DNA from: Nageia nagi
Taxonomy: Eukaryota; Plantae; Pinophyta
Assembly (NCBI GenBank): GCA_050084985.1
Contig: JBITNC010000001.1
Location: 204,476,001 to 204,540,000, forward strand
DNA length: 64,000 bases
Reading direction: 5' to 3'
Shown one piece after another: positions 1 through 12,260 of this stretch (position 1 is its first letter; every line of letters starts with the position of its first letter). Below the pieces are notes generated by a model. It was not told the DNA's origin, did no database searches, and was given only the letters and a program-made list of their open reading frames with translations. The position numbers were made by a program, and so were the translations under genes.

Positions 1-607
1 TTGAAAAGGATGAGGTTCTTATCACCGATTACATCATTCACTGAACCAAAGGAAGAGAACAAAGAACCACCATAATTCCACAAATAATTTTTAATGCTTG
101 ATATCATGATGATGTTGACCAAAGTTTAGTCCATCTCAAGGGAAGACTATCACATATCCAAACTCTTCCACTTTGAAGAAAAATCCATTTTTCTTACTTT
201 CTAGCTTCTATCATTTTATTTTTGTTATCTTTACGTTCATATTGCAGCCAAGTTAGGTCTTCATCAAGGAATACTTTATCTAAAAGACTGAATAATTTTG
301 TCTTGGCTTGTAATGCTTATATACATTCCCCTGCTAACTAAAAATAAATAACAATAGTCCCATCTAAGATTGTTGAGGGTGATACTTTTTAGATCCAAGG
401 TTTCATGTTAAAAAGCATGGCCAACATGTGATGGGTCTATTATTTTTGGAAGTCCATGAACTTAGAGATTGAGTTCCATAGTGTGGCACATATTTTTAGC
501 TATAAATTTTGCATGTATTGTCATTTCAACCATTGGGGGGGGGGGGTTCTTTTCTTTGACAACTTGTATCCATGATTTTTGTTCCTCTACCTATTTTGGA
601 TGGACTA

Positions 608-1192
608 TGTAATATCCCCAATTTTGAGAGACCTTATTAAAAGCATAACATTTTTCACAAGTCTTGGATCATCAATTTGTCTTTTGGAATGGATGGAGAA
701 TCTTCTACCAAATATTTTGATAGGTCACACGACATGGTTCCTTCAAGAAATGAGAAAGATATGCACTTTTGAAGTTATCCTAAGAAACTGAGATTCTAAT
801 ATCATGGTGAGGGAAAAGTCAACTACAAGAAATTTATTTTATTCTAAGATGGCTATGAGTTTAATTATTGGTAATTTCAAGGTAAAAGAACTTATAAAAG
901 GAGGAAAGATTCACAACTTGAGGATTATCATAATTTGGCATTTGATTATGGATCATCTTGGAGTTGGGGTTGCTCTCCTCTCTTTCTTCTAAGGATTAGG
1001 GTAGTTCCCTAGCCTAAAAGTGGCATATTCACAATTACATTCACTTGGAGAGCTTGCACCAACCTTGGAAGACCTTCTAGCCCTAGCACTAGGATCTTGA
1101 AGCCATATTGAGACTTGCCACATCCTTGGGAGCAATCTTGTGTCTTTAGCCTACCTTTAGGAGTCTTGTTTGAGCATTTTGGAGTCTTGGGT
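608..1192 (+). repeat. Element A 5' LTR, left part
   Basis: Aligns colinearly with 11277-~11862. Confidence 0.9.
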
Positions 1193-2384
1193 TGTGACAT
1201 CTCCCTTGTATTATTGTACTTGATTATGGAATCCAATGGATTCCCTTTTGTATTATATTTAATTCCTTAATTATGTTTTAAGTTAGTACTTGAGATAGAA
1301 GACTTAATGGGTCATTGGACCCCAATGTGAGCCCTAAGTAGAACGTATCTCTCCCAAGTGTAGATTAGGTGTTTTAATATACTTAGATATCCAGATACAT
1401 GATTATGGGAATACTAAGGTATATTTAGCACTTAATTGGATGGATTAGCACTTAATGTACCAACGTTGAGATTGGAGCACTTGTACACATGTGCTAGCCT
1501 TAGGGAGACTTCTAGACCCCCATGTTTTCCTTTAACACCCACGTTTCCTCCTTAGATGCCCACATATACCTCTTATACCCATGCATGCATTCTTGAACCC
1601 ACATGGAGCATAGGGGAGGTACATATACCTACATTGGACCTAGAATGACTCTTAGGTGCCAACATTGGGGCTTTAGGGTACTGGGTGATGACATTGAGGT
1701 GTAATCCAAATCTAGGAAAGCTATATTATCCCTTGAAGCCTCATTTGCTAGACATGTTGAATTATTGATTATTTCTTATACCATCCAAAGGATAAAAGTA
1801 CTGGTACAATGCTAAATAAGATCCATAGGTGCAACATCTAGGAGGGTTATCAGGTTGGGATCCTATTAATCTATGAGTTTGGTGTAGCATCCTAGCCCAT
1901 TTGGTGGTATTCCAAGGTTGAGCTTTTACCTTTAGTGGTTGTCGAGATTTGGGGAAGGTTCCTTCGGTGGAGAGGAATCAAGTTCTAAGGGAGTAAGACT
2001 ATCATTTCCCTCATCTTCCTATCCAATAGTGAAAGACACATGTTATGCCCTAGTAGGCTCCTTGGAGGCCAATGTCCAACCTAGGGGCTTGGTATTGTAT
2101 CCTTGATCATCATTTATTTTACATACAGTTGTTGGGCACTTGGATCGTCATATTTATGTTGTGTATGCTTTACTATTGCAACATTATGGTATGATTATTC
2201 ATTCTTGCATATTATGGTCAGATGTTGGCATTGTGAGCTTGAATTTATTGATATCTGCTAGTCTTGGCTAGACATTGGAAATATTATGTTGTTTATGCTT
2301 AATCTAGATGCCCTAGGTCAAATATTGGAGCATACTTACGTATTTTGAGCTTTTTCCACTTGATTTTGTAATTGTATATTTACA
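1193..2384 (+). repeat. Element B 5' LTR
   Basis: TG...CA; direct repeat of 5424-6616, roughly 15% diverged by eye, mostly transitions. Confidence 0.93.
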
Positions 2385-2385
2385 G

Positions 2386-2397
2386 TGGTATCAAAGC
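2386..2397 (+). promoter_or_regulatory. Primer binding site (tRNA-iMet type) of element B
   Basis: tggtatcaaagc directly after the LTR end; canonical is tggtatcagagc. Confidence 0.85.
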
Positions 2398-2427
2398 TTG
2401 AATCTGGCTAACTTGTGAATGAAACCT

Positions 2428-4500
2428 ATGATTCACAACTACTATACTAGGTCAAGCATTAGAAAGGAAATGGCATCTGCAAGGAAGAGCAAAAAGTCAC
2501 AAATGGAAGAGACACCTTATAGGGCTTCCCAAGAGGAAGATCATCGATCATGGATGAATGAGGTGCCAAATGAGGATGATTCTGGTGAGAAGACTAAAGT
2601 GCCAAGAGAGAGGACCACTTTGGTTAGGAGGAGAAGCCCTACTCCAACTTGAGAATCCATGCTTGAGAGGAAATTCAATGAGGTTATTTCAACCATCCAC
2701 ATCATGATAGGAGCTATCATTTCAATGCAAAAGAAGATGAACAATATCCATAAATAAGTTAGAGGTTGAGAAGAGCTAGAAAGGCATATTATACCCCCAT
2801 GTCCTATCCAAGATGAAGAAGAAGAACCATGGGAGGATGATAGAGTGAATCAAGAGATGAGTATGATATCCCATAGTTTGAGAGATAGAGAGTCTACTCA
2901 CCATGGATCCATGGATCGTATAGAACCCACATTCCTAAGATCCCAGTCACATAGAGCTCTGCAAGGTACTAACCCTCTCTTAGGGAGGTACCTAGATGAG
3001 GACATTGGAAAGATAGGGGAGCAGTCCATAATCCCCAAGCCATCCAAGCCTATGTTTGCTAAGAAGTCCAAGGATGAGGCAAAGAACATGGTTCATGGCC
3101 CACTAGAGCTTAATCAAATTTTCATAGAGTATTCTATGTTGGATCTAGGGTTGAAGAGAGATGTCATCTTCAACAACCACTTGGAGATCCTAGGATTGAA
3201 GGGGAGTAGTTCACATAACCTACATACTCCAAACAACTCATGGGGAGATAAGAGAGTCCTGCAACAAAAGATCAACAAGATGTAGGTACATATGTATGAT
3301 GATAAGAGGATGATAACTAGGGCTTGGCTACATCAACTATATACTTACTTCACCTTAAGCTTGAATATGGTAGAGGAGGATGAAATCCACTTTTGCATTA
3401 TTACACTTTGAGGGTGATTCCCTTGAATGGTGGTAGCATGGAGTAATCAACCAATATTACTCACTCATTACCTCTTTTGATGAGTTTTCCATATGGTTGG
3501 CAAAGAAGTTCAATTGAAAGGAGAATGATTACTTTCAAGACTTGACATCTCTGAGATAGCAAGGCCTAATGGATGAAAATGTGTTAGAGTTTTAGAAGAT
3601 TGTAGTCATGATTCACCATATTCCTAAGGAGTGATTGATATTCCTTTTCAAAGGGACTAATGGAACCATTACAAGGAATGGTCAAAGTATTCTCACCTAG
3701 GATCCTTGATGATGCCATCTGAGTTGCATACGATCTAGAGCTAATCATAAGATACCTCAAGGAATGGAATACGTACAAGTGATCGATCACATGAAAGACT
3801 TTTGCTAATAAGGAGGTGCCTAGTAAGGCTAAACCCTTCCCCCCACCTCATATGAACTAGATGGATGCAACCACTTGAATGAAGCTAAGGGAGGAAGGAA
3901 AGTGCTCCTATTGTAAGAAGACTTGGGAACCAAGGCACCATTTCCAAGCCAAGGAAAAGGTACACTACATTGAGGTGTTTTTTGATGAGGAGATAGATTA
4001 TTGATACTTGGGCTTTGGCATAGACATGTTAGGTTAGGAGTCACCCAAGGCAAAAGGCTCATTAGGGAGTATGATCGCTTCACTCCATGGGGTGAAGAAG
4101 TACCTCATACTAAAGGTAGTGGGGTAGGAAGGTGGGCATGATGTGATGGTCCTAATTATTCTGAAGCATCCCACAACTTCATTGATGAAGGGTTTATAGA
4201 AACAAAGAATCTAAATACCAAGAGGTTTGGAGGATTCATAGTTTTCAATGCTAATAGAAAACTCACTCTAGTTGACCATATCATTGAGAAGTTTTAGGTG
4301 AGGCTACAAAGTTACATAATGAGGGAGAACTTCTATATTTATGTATTGAAGAGGTATCCTCATATTATTCTATGATTGCAATGGTTATTCGAGTTGGGTG
4401 ACATTCACACCACCTACCAAAAACTCCCTATGAGTTTAGAGATTGATGGGAAGACCCATACACTATAGGGGATCCATGATGATTATCGATAGGTGGAAAA
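2428..4500 (+). pseudogene. Decayed gag and aspartic protease of element B
   Basis: Gag WW motif near 3428; protease VLI(D)SEASHNFIDE near 4145-4190 and IL(G)LQWLFELG near 4365-4400; many stops and frameshifts. Confidence 0.75.
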
Positions 4501-4552
4501 TAAATGGATGGAATTGATTGAGTGGTGCCAAAAGGAGGAAGAAGAAGATGGG

Positions 4553-5140
4553 ACCACATTGGACATGGAGGAGTTTTGACATGAGGGGAGCATTGAAGAG
4601 CTCCCATACCCCACATTGCATTTTGGGGAGCTCAAATACTTGACATGGAGCTTGAAAGGCTTCCTACATACCATGTTGGAGCTTGGGGAGGCTAGATGTG
4701 GAATGTTGGGTATTAGGAAGGAAAAACACCTCACGTTGATCCTTGAAAAGGATTACTACCCTACAATGGAATTGAGGGAGCTTCTATCCCTCACTGAGCA
4801 TTAAGAAGGCTTGGAGCTAGATGATGGGCTTGGAGGAGTTCTTGTATCCCACATTGGATTCAAGGAGATTCCTACACCTCATGGGGAGGTTGAGGGATTC
4901 TTGAGCATGATGGTGAGCATGGAGGGGATTGTACATACCATGTTTGATTTTAAATGGCTTGGACACTGAACAACTAGGTTGAGGGAGTGTTGGCTCCCCA
5001 CATTGGATATGAGAAGGATTATGTACTTGACATTCAATTGCAAAGCAACTTGGTACCCCATGTTGGAGGATGAGGAATTTTTTGGCTTGACATTGGTATT
5101 TGGGAGAGTTTATAATTCCATGTTGAGCTTGGGGAGGACT
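4553..5140 (+). repeat. Degenerate 30-nt tandem repeat (~20 units)
   Basis: cc(a/t)(c/t)(a/g)ttgg-like anchors at ~4611, 4671, 4731, 4850, 4880, 4938, 4998, 5058, 5118 (30/60-nt spacing). Confidence 0.7.
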
Positions 5141-5423
5141 TAGCCTTAGAAATAGAGAAAAAGCTCCACCTATGTTTACTCACATATGATTTACTTAAGG
5201 TTTTTGCAGGTACACTCTCCCAAAGACTTCCATGTTTCCTAAGGAAAACAATATGGCATATGATGAAACATGAGGATGTAGCTTCAACATTTCATGTAAG
5301 ACATATTGAATTTGCATTCCACTATGGAAAATTGCATTCAACGAGGTTGAAGGATTCTTAGAAGATAATATGCTGCAACATTCTATCATTGTTTGAGGGT
5401 AAGCAATTCAAGAGGGTAGGCTT

Positions 5424-6616
5424 TATGATGTCACCCTTGTATTATTATACTTGATTATGGAATCCAACATATTACCTTATGTATTGTATTTAATTACTTA
5501 ATTGCATTTTAAGTTAGTACTTGGAATAGAAGACTTAATGGGTCAATGAACCCCACTATGAACCCCAAGTGGGATGTCTCCCCCCAAGTGTAGATGAGAT
5601 GTTTTAATATACTTTGATATATTGATACATGAGTATGGGAATCCCAAGGTCTATTTAGCACTTAAGTGGATGGATGAGAACTTAATGCCCAAACATTGAT
5701 ATTGGGCATACTTGTACACATGCACCAACCTTGGAGAGACTTATAGACCCCCCTGTTGGTCCATGAAACCCACGTTTCACCCTTAGATGCCCACACATGC
5801 CTCCTAGACCCACACATGTATTTTTAGATCCACATGGAGCATAGGGGATACCCATATACCCATGTTAGACCTGGAATGACTCCTAAGTGCTAATGTTGGG
5901 GCTTGAGGGGACTAGGTGATGATATTAAGGTGTAATCCATATCCAAGAAAGCTATATTATCCCTTAGAGCCTCATCTATTGGACATGTTGAATTATTGAT
6001 TATTGCTTATACTATTTAAAGGATAGAAGTCTTAGTGCAATGTTAAGCAAAATCCCTAAGTGTAACATCTAGGAGGGTTAGTAGGTTGGGATCTTATTAA
6101 TCTATAGCTTTAGTGTACCACCCTAGCCCATTCAATGGTATTTTAAGGTTGAGCTTCTATCTTCAATGGTTTCTAAGATTTTAAGAGGGCTCCTTTGGTG
6201 GAGAGGAATTAGGTTAAGAGGGAGCATGATTGTCCCATCCATCATCCATCTGTATAGAAGTGAGAGACACACATTGTGCCCTACTTGGCTCCTTGGAGGC
6301 CAACATATAGCATTGGGGGCTTGGTATTGTATCTTTGATCATCATTTATCTTACATACAGCCATTGGCCACTTGGATCACCATATTTGTCTTATGTATGC
6401 TTTACTATTGCAACGTTATGGCATGATTGTTCATTCTTGCATATTATAACTAGATGTTGGTATTATGAGCTTGTATTTATTGATAACTACTAGTATTGTC
6501 CAGATGTTAGCAATATTGTGTTGTTTATGCATAATCTAGATGCCCTAGGTCAGACGTTGGAGCATACTTATTTATTTTGAGCTTTTTGCACTTGATTTTG
6601 TAATTGGATCTTTACA
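5424..6616 (+). repeat. Element B 3' LTR
   Basis: Copy of 1193-2384; starts TA (TG mutated), ends tttaca. Confidence 0.93.
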
Positions 6617-6621
6617 CAAGC

Positions 6622-7010
6622 TTTTCATTAGAACTTATTATAGGCTTTTTATAGCCCTATACTTATTCTTGGTCATTATTATTGATATTCGACTCTTATA
6701 TTGCTCTCATATTTCACTTCAAATGTGAATGAATGTTCTTCTACTACTGTTTTACTATTATCATTTGTTGTGCATGGGAATGTATGCAAATTAGGGTATT
6801 TTAAAGACATTTATATTATGTTACAGATCTACAATTATGCCCTATTTTGATCATTTTCACATATTATATGAGCATTACATTAGATTTAGTTATTATTCAA
6901 TCTAGAGCACATGTTTGGATGATTAACAAGCATTTACTATTATGTCGTAATTGTGAATGAATGCGAAATTATGTTAAGAGGTTGTGCATGTTTTAGAAAG
7001 GTATATTATA
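6622..7010 (+). repeat. Element A 5' LTR, right part
   Basis: Aligns with ~11863-12260. Confidence 0.9.
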
Positions 7011-7107
7011 GTGGATCAAAGCTCAACATTATGCCAACCTATGGATGAATAAGTCAGCTATATACCTAGGGTTTATGGTTTAAGTGAGAATTAGGGTTTT
7101 TAAGATT

Positions 7108-7775
7108 ATGTCATCATTAAAAGAAAAGGAGTTAGTTGATAAGCTTTCTAATGTGAGAGGTAAACTTGGACTTATATTAAATCCAACAAAAACTATCCTT
7201 CATGCCTTGAGGGAAATAGATGATTATCTACATATGATGGACCAACCACATTCAAAAGAAGCTATAAATTTGTTGGTGAAGCCTTTAAGAAAGCCTAAAT
7301 GGTTGGAACACATAAGTATGGAGGTGAGAATCATGGTTACTTCCTATTTGAATGATATTTTGAGAATGTTTACACCTAATTCTCCCTATGATGATGATAT
7401 ATTGAGCATGATATTTATGTTATTGGTTAGTAGCTTTGAAAGATTAGGGGATATCACATGTTCGTATTTCTCTATAAGAGTTTCTATACTTGAATCATTT
7501 GTAAAATTTGGAATAATCAACATCTTATTAGATTTGTATATGTATGAGTTGATTTATGAAATATTTAATCACTTCATTGTTTCAACTAAAGAAGAACATA
7601 CTAATAATATTATTGAAACCATGAGTTATATTATAGTTTTGATCATAGAAGAGAGTGATTATATTTACCTACCACTCTTATCTATGTTGTTGGATGTTTG
7701 AGGGAAAGACATGGTTTCCTCTACTACTGCACATAAGTTGGTTAACAGTGTAAAGAGAAGTTGAAACCTTTCTTA
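7108..7775 (+). pseudogene. PDS5: Captured intronless N-terminal fragment of sister chromatid cohesion protein PDS5 (HEAT-repeat region)
   Basis: ORF from ATG 7108 to 7701: KELVDKL...WLEHISMEVRIMVTSYLNDILRMFTPNSPYDDDILSMIFMLLVSSFERLGD...RVSILESF...LLDL...ELIYEIFNHF...MSYIIVLIIEESD..LPLLSMLL. This matches the plant PDS5 pattern H.D.DV...VA.CISEI.RITAPDAPYDDD.MKEVF.LIVSSFE.L.D...R.SILET..K...MLDL...L..EMF.HF...M..IM.LVLEESE. Similarity continues past the TGA (AHKLVNSV..KEKLKPFL). Confidence 0.9.
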
Positions 7776-8989
7776 GATAATGAAGGGATTAAGGAAGAAG
7801 AGCATACCATAGTTGTTAATGTCACTTCTCCACTTGAACATGTCACCCAATATCAAGAAGATGTTATCTTGTCTAAGGAGGACTCATGCCAAGAAGATAT
7901 CATAAGGATAGATAATAATGATCTTGAACATAGGCAAGCACCTAGCATAGAAGAAGGGGAAGGTGATGCACTAATACATGAGGTATGTATGATGTCATAC
8001 CAAGATGAAGTCATAGATGTGCATGCAACTACACTTGATGATATTGAGCATAAGAACAAAATAATGGCCCCAATGTACAAATTGATGAGGTTTCTATGTT
8101 CATTGGGTTCACTAGTCGAATTGATGTTAAGTAATGACATGGTTGAGATCATTAATATACCTTCAAAGAAAATGTATGTGAAGAAAAGAGTTCTCATGAT
8201 AATTCTTTCCACCTTTATTTAAAAGGTGATTTCACATCACTCCTTCATAAGGTATGCCTCAAGCATACCCTTCAAAATGCAAAACATCAGCTCTTAATTC
8301 CTTGGGATCCAGGTGTTTTGGTACCAATGCATGATGAAGGCATGGAGGTCACTGGAGGCTTCTCTTTTTCAAATTCAACCCTTGAAAAAGAAATTTCAGA
8401 TTTAGAGATCATAGAAGAAGGCAACATATACACAAATATGCTAGTTTATTCATGATGAATGGTGACAACTATTTTCCAAACTAGCCTTTCTTGAATTCAA
8501 CCTTGGAAAGAGTTGAGAGCACATATTCTATTTTAGGTTGTTTGGATGAGAACTTCTACCACTTGGAGTCATCTCTACATCCATTAGTATCATGGATCGG
8601 CCATGATATTACTGTCGTAAGATACAAGCTTCATACTAATTTTTATAACAATAATAAAAAAAGTTTTCATGTTTATTTATTGATAACATTAGTAAGTTAT
8701 GTGAGGATGATGGTGTGTGGAGATAGTGGGATTGTTGCACATCACCATTTCAAAATAATAATAATCATATGGGATGTATATTTGTGGATAGTTGCAATAG
8801 TTAATGGGATTGGATCGATAAAGGAAGCACTAACAATTGGAGATAATATAGTACTTAAGATTGATCATTGTATAGATCTTAGGACTATTATAGTAGTAAA
8901 AATTATCATTCATAGAATTGATTGCTTGCATAAATAAATATTGCATTAATTGGGACTATGAGAGTAAATCCATTGGAGGAATTAGTAAA

Positions 8990-9310
8990 TCACCATGTCT
9001 CAATTTGTGTCACCAATGGAGCTTCTTATCTCTTCAGTCCTAAGTTTAATTTGAAGGAGGCTAGAGAGCATGAATGCTTGCATAACACAATGATAAGGAT
9101 AATGTTTCAAATGGGAGTATGTATAGGTCATAATTACATAGAGATAGAGTTTTTTGACTCAATATTACATTTCTATCTTATGGGTGATTTTTCTCACATC
9201 ATACTAGGAGTCCAATGGTTGTACCAATTGGAAAATATCACTTTTCAACTATTGAAGGTTAGAGATGAGCTTCTTTGAATAAGGGTTAAAGGTCACATTG
9301 AAGGGAATAA
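8990..9310 (+). pseudogene. Retroviral-type aspartic protease C-terminal remnant (element A)
   Basis: HIILGVQWLYQLENITF then MSFF..GLKVTLKGIN, typical of the gypsy protease D..LG..WL..LG.I tail. Confidence 0.65.
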
Positions 9311-11276
9311 ATGCCAAATACCCTTGGAAAACTATTAATAATTGGAAAATATTCAAATTAGTCATGACACCTCTCTAAGGAGGTATAATAGTATCAACAA
9401 CAGTAAGCTCAATTTGGATGAACCTCAAGGGAAACTTTGGTCAAAAAGATATAGTCCCAACATCCATGCTTCATGGAGAAGCAACACAATTGATTTTGGA
9501 AGTAATATGGTTATATCTCTTTGGTATCTACTTAAATTTGGATGCCAACAAATGAAGCATATTTCCTCTATATGGAACAATAGCACCCATCGAATTTGTA
9601 ATAGTAGTAATCTCAGCTTTAGCAACACTCTAAGGCAACCATTGATGAAAAAAAAATTCCCAACATTCATGCCACATGGGAAGGTAATGTAGTTGGGTTA
9701 TGTGATAGTTTATCAAGTATATTTTCATTCCTTGGGTCCATACTTAGTTTGAGGGGCAAGAAGGTGAAGCATATTACCAAAAGATTATTCCATACAACAA
9801 AAAAGAGGGACAATAGTACTCTTGAAAGTTGCAGCAATGATTACAAGGTATAAGAGGATAAAAAATCATCATCCATAATATTATACAACCCACACAACAT
9901 ATAATATTTGTATGATAGTCCTATGGAAGATGAATGACAAAAATGGAAGGTAAAACTTGACCATTTAGCTCCTCTCAAAGTCCTCTACATAATAGTAATA
10001 TATATATTTGAGATTGATGTACACTATAGTTTAGGAAAACTAAGTATGCAATTTCAAAAATGTCACATGTCCAAAAGGACCAACCACTTAAATCCTTTAT
10101 TCTTGAAAATCCAGGTGTACATTATCAAGTATATCCTTAAGAGTTCATAGATACCAAATATACATTACTTCTTTATTTATGTGCTAGAAAGTACAACACA
10201 GTTTGAGGGCATATTAAAAGATTTAGAAAGACAAAATTTATGGACTCAAAAATTAGTCCACTATTGATTGATTTATTTATAAATTTGTTTGGAATCAACC
10301 CCACCAAGTACAATACAGTTTGCACAATGGGCATAGCATCAAGTTCCAATGAAGAGAGAGAATTTGGGAAGTATTTAACCAATAATATACATGTTAAAAC
10401 AAGTCAAGAAAATACCTTATAAGCTATGATTTTTCACATTTTGGGAATAACAAAATTATGGGACCAATTTGGAAGCAAGTTACAAGTTCTAGAGTTGAAA
10501 AGACATGCATCATCAGTAATATTTCTTACTTATACTTTGTGGGATAATTTCCTCAATGATTGTAGAATCTTGATATCATCAAGGGAATATTTTAAACAAT
10601 GTTTGGATAGTTTGGTAGTACATTTAGGGGATATCCATGGATTCAAGCATCTTTTGGGATAACGTTTACTCACTGGTGATCATACATATTCAAACCTTAG
10701 TAACCTTGCATTTGACTTACTCACACTCAATTTGATGACACTTGGATAGTTCATGATGATGCATTATATATCATTGGATGGTTGTTTAATAAAAATGATA
10801 ATAGAAAATGAACATGTGCAATAGTTGGGAAACATAGGGGACCACACTTCATCCCTCAAGGGAGAAGGAGACTTATTTAAACTAATTTATTTATTCATTT
10901 TTTGTACTGATTGTGATCCAATGAAAATTTAAGTGCTACACAAGTTATTAACATCATTTCAAGGAATTTGGATAACACTTATTATTATTTTTTTGCAACC
11001 AATAGACACTCCTTCCATGGAGAGTTTATACTTGATATACTTTGGTTCTTTCCTTATCCATCCACTTGCGACATCATTACTTACTTGGATCACTATGGGC
11101 ATTAGGAAGGAGGAAGCACATGAGAAATTATTCATCAAATTTGAGCATCAACATCAATATGGTAAATGTATTTGGATATTGACTTGGTACCTTGGGATAA
11201 TAGTTGGATTCATCTTGATGACTTCAAGATGTATGTTTTCATTACTTAAGGATAAGAAATGTGAGGAGGGTGGACT

Positions 11277-12260
11277 TGTCATATCCTCAATTTTGATAAA
11301 CCTTGTTAAAGTCGTAAATTTTATCATAAGTCTTGGATCCCCAATTTATATTTTAGAATAGATGGATAATATTCTACCAAATGTTTTTATAGGGCACATG
11401 ATATGGTTCCATCAAGAAATAAGGGAAATATGGACTTTTGAAGTTTGCCCAAAAAACAAGATTCTAATATTGCAATTAGGGAAAAGTTGGCTAGGAGAAA
11501 GTTGATTTTATTTGAAGTCAGCCAAGAGTTTAATTATTGATAATTTCAAGGTAAAAGCACCTATAAAAGTAGGAAACATTCATCACTTAAGGATAATCAT
11601 AATTTGGCATTTGATCACAGATCATCTTGGAGTTGGGGTTGCTCCCCTCTCTTCCTTCTAAGGACTAGGGTTCCTCCTTAGCCTAGAAGTTGCATATTCA
11701 TTATTACATTCACTTGGGGAGCTTGTACCAACCTTGGAAGAGCTTATAGCCCTAACACTAGGATCATGGATCCATCTTGAGACTTGTTCCAATCATGGGA
11801 TCCATATTGTGTCTTGCGCCAACATTTAGGAGTCTTACTTGAGTATTTTTGAGTCTTAAGCTTTTCCCTAGAATTTGTTATAGGCTTGTTATAGCCCTAT
11901 AATTATTCTTGATCATTATTATTAATACTCAACTCTTATATTTCTCTCATATTTCTCTTTGGATGTGAATTAATGTTCTTCTATTACTATTGTACTATTA
12001 TCATTTATTATGCATGGGAATGTATGTAGATTAGGGTATTTTGGATATATTTTTGTTCAATTACAAATCTACAATTGTTCCCTAGTTTGATCATTTCCAC
12101 ATGTTATATGAGCATTACATTAGATTTGGTTATTACTATTATAATTCAATATTGAGCATATGCTTGGATGGTTAATGAGAATTTACTATCGTGCCCTAAT
12201 TTGTGAATGTATGCAAAATTATGTTAAGAAGTTGTGCATGTTTTAGGAAGGTATATTACA
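11277..12260 (+). repeat. Element A 3' LTR (984 bp)
   Basis: TG...CA, preceded by PPT; uninterrupted copy of 608-1192 plus 6622-7010. Confidence 0.92.

Larger units (their letters stand above)
1193..6616 (+). mobile_element. Element B: non-autonomous gypsy LTR element (gag + protease remnant, no RT/RH/INT) nested in A's 5' LTR
   Basis: LTRs 1193-2384 and 5424-6616 (~1192 bp); PBS tggtatcaaagc 2386-2397; PPT aagagggtagg 5410-5420. Decayed TSD tgggt/caagc; the empty site in A's 3' LTR reads taagc. Confidence 0.92.
608..12260 (+). mobile_element. Element A: non-autonomous Ty3/gypsy (chromovirus-derived) LTR retroelement carrying a PDS5 fragment
   Basis: LTR pair: 608-7010 (split by element B) and 11277-12260 (TGTAATATCC/TGTCATATCC ... 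TATTATA/TATTACA). Degenerate tRNA-iMet PBS tgg-atcaaagc at 7012-7022; PPT gaggagggtgga at 11263-11274. Flanks gacta/aattg differ only by transitions. Protease remnant and an LLKDKKCEEGG pol-end tail are present; no RT recognisable. Confidence 0.85.

Noticed and set aside
350-607. Integrase zinc-finger remnant and G12 run (535-546)
   Set aside because: YYFWKSM is only suggestive and too decayed to call; the G-run is a simple homopolymer.
4553-5140. CRISPR-like array
   Set aside because: Plant retroelement context; contiguous degenerate units with no repeat-spacer structure and no cas genes.
7084-7701. Functional host PDS5 gene
   Set aside because: Only the N-terminal ~220 aa, intronless, interrupted by a stop and frameshift, and located between the PBS and PPT of an LTR element.
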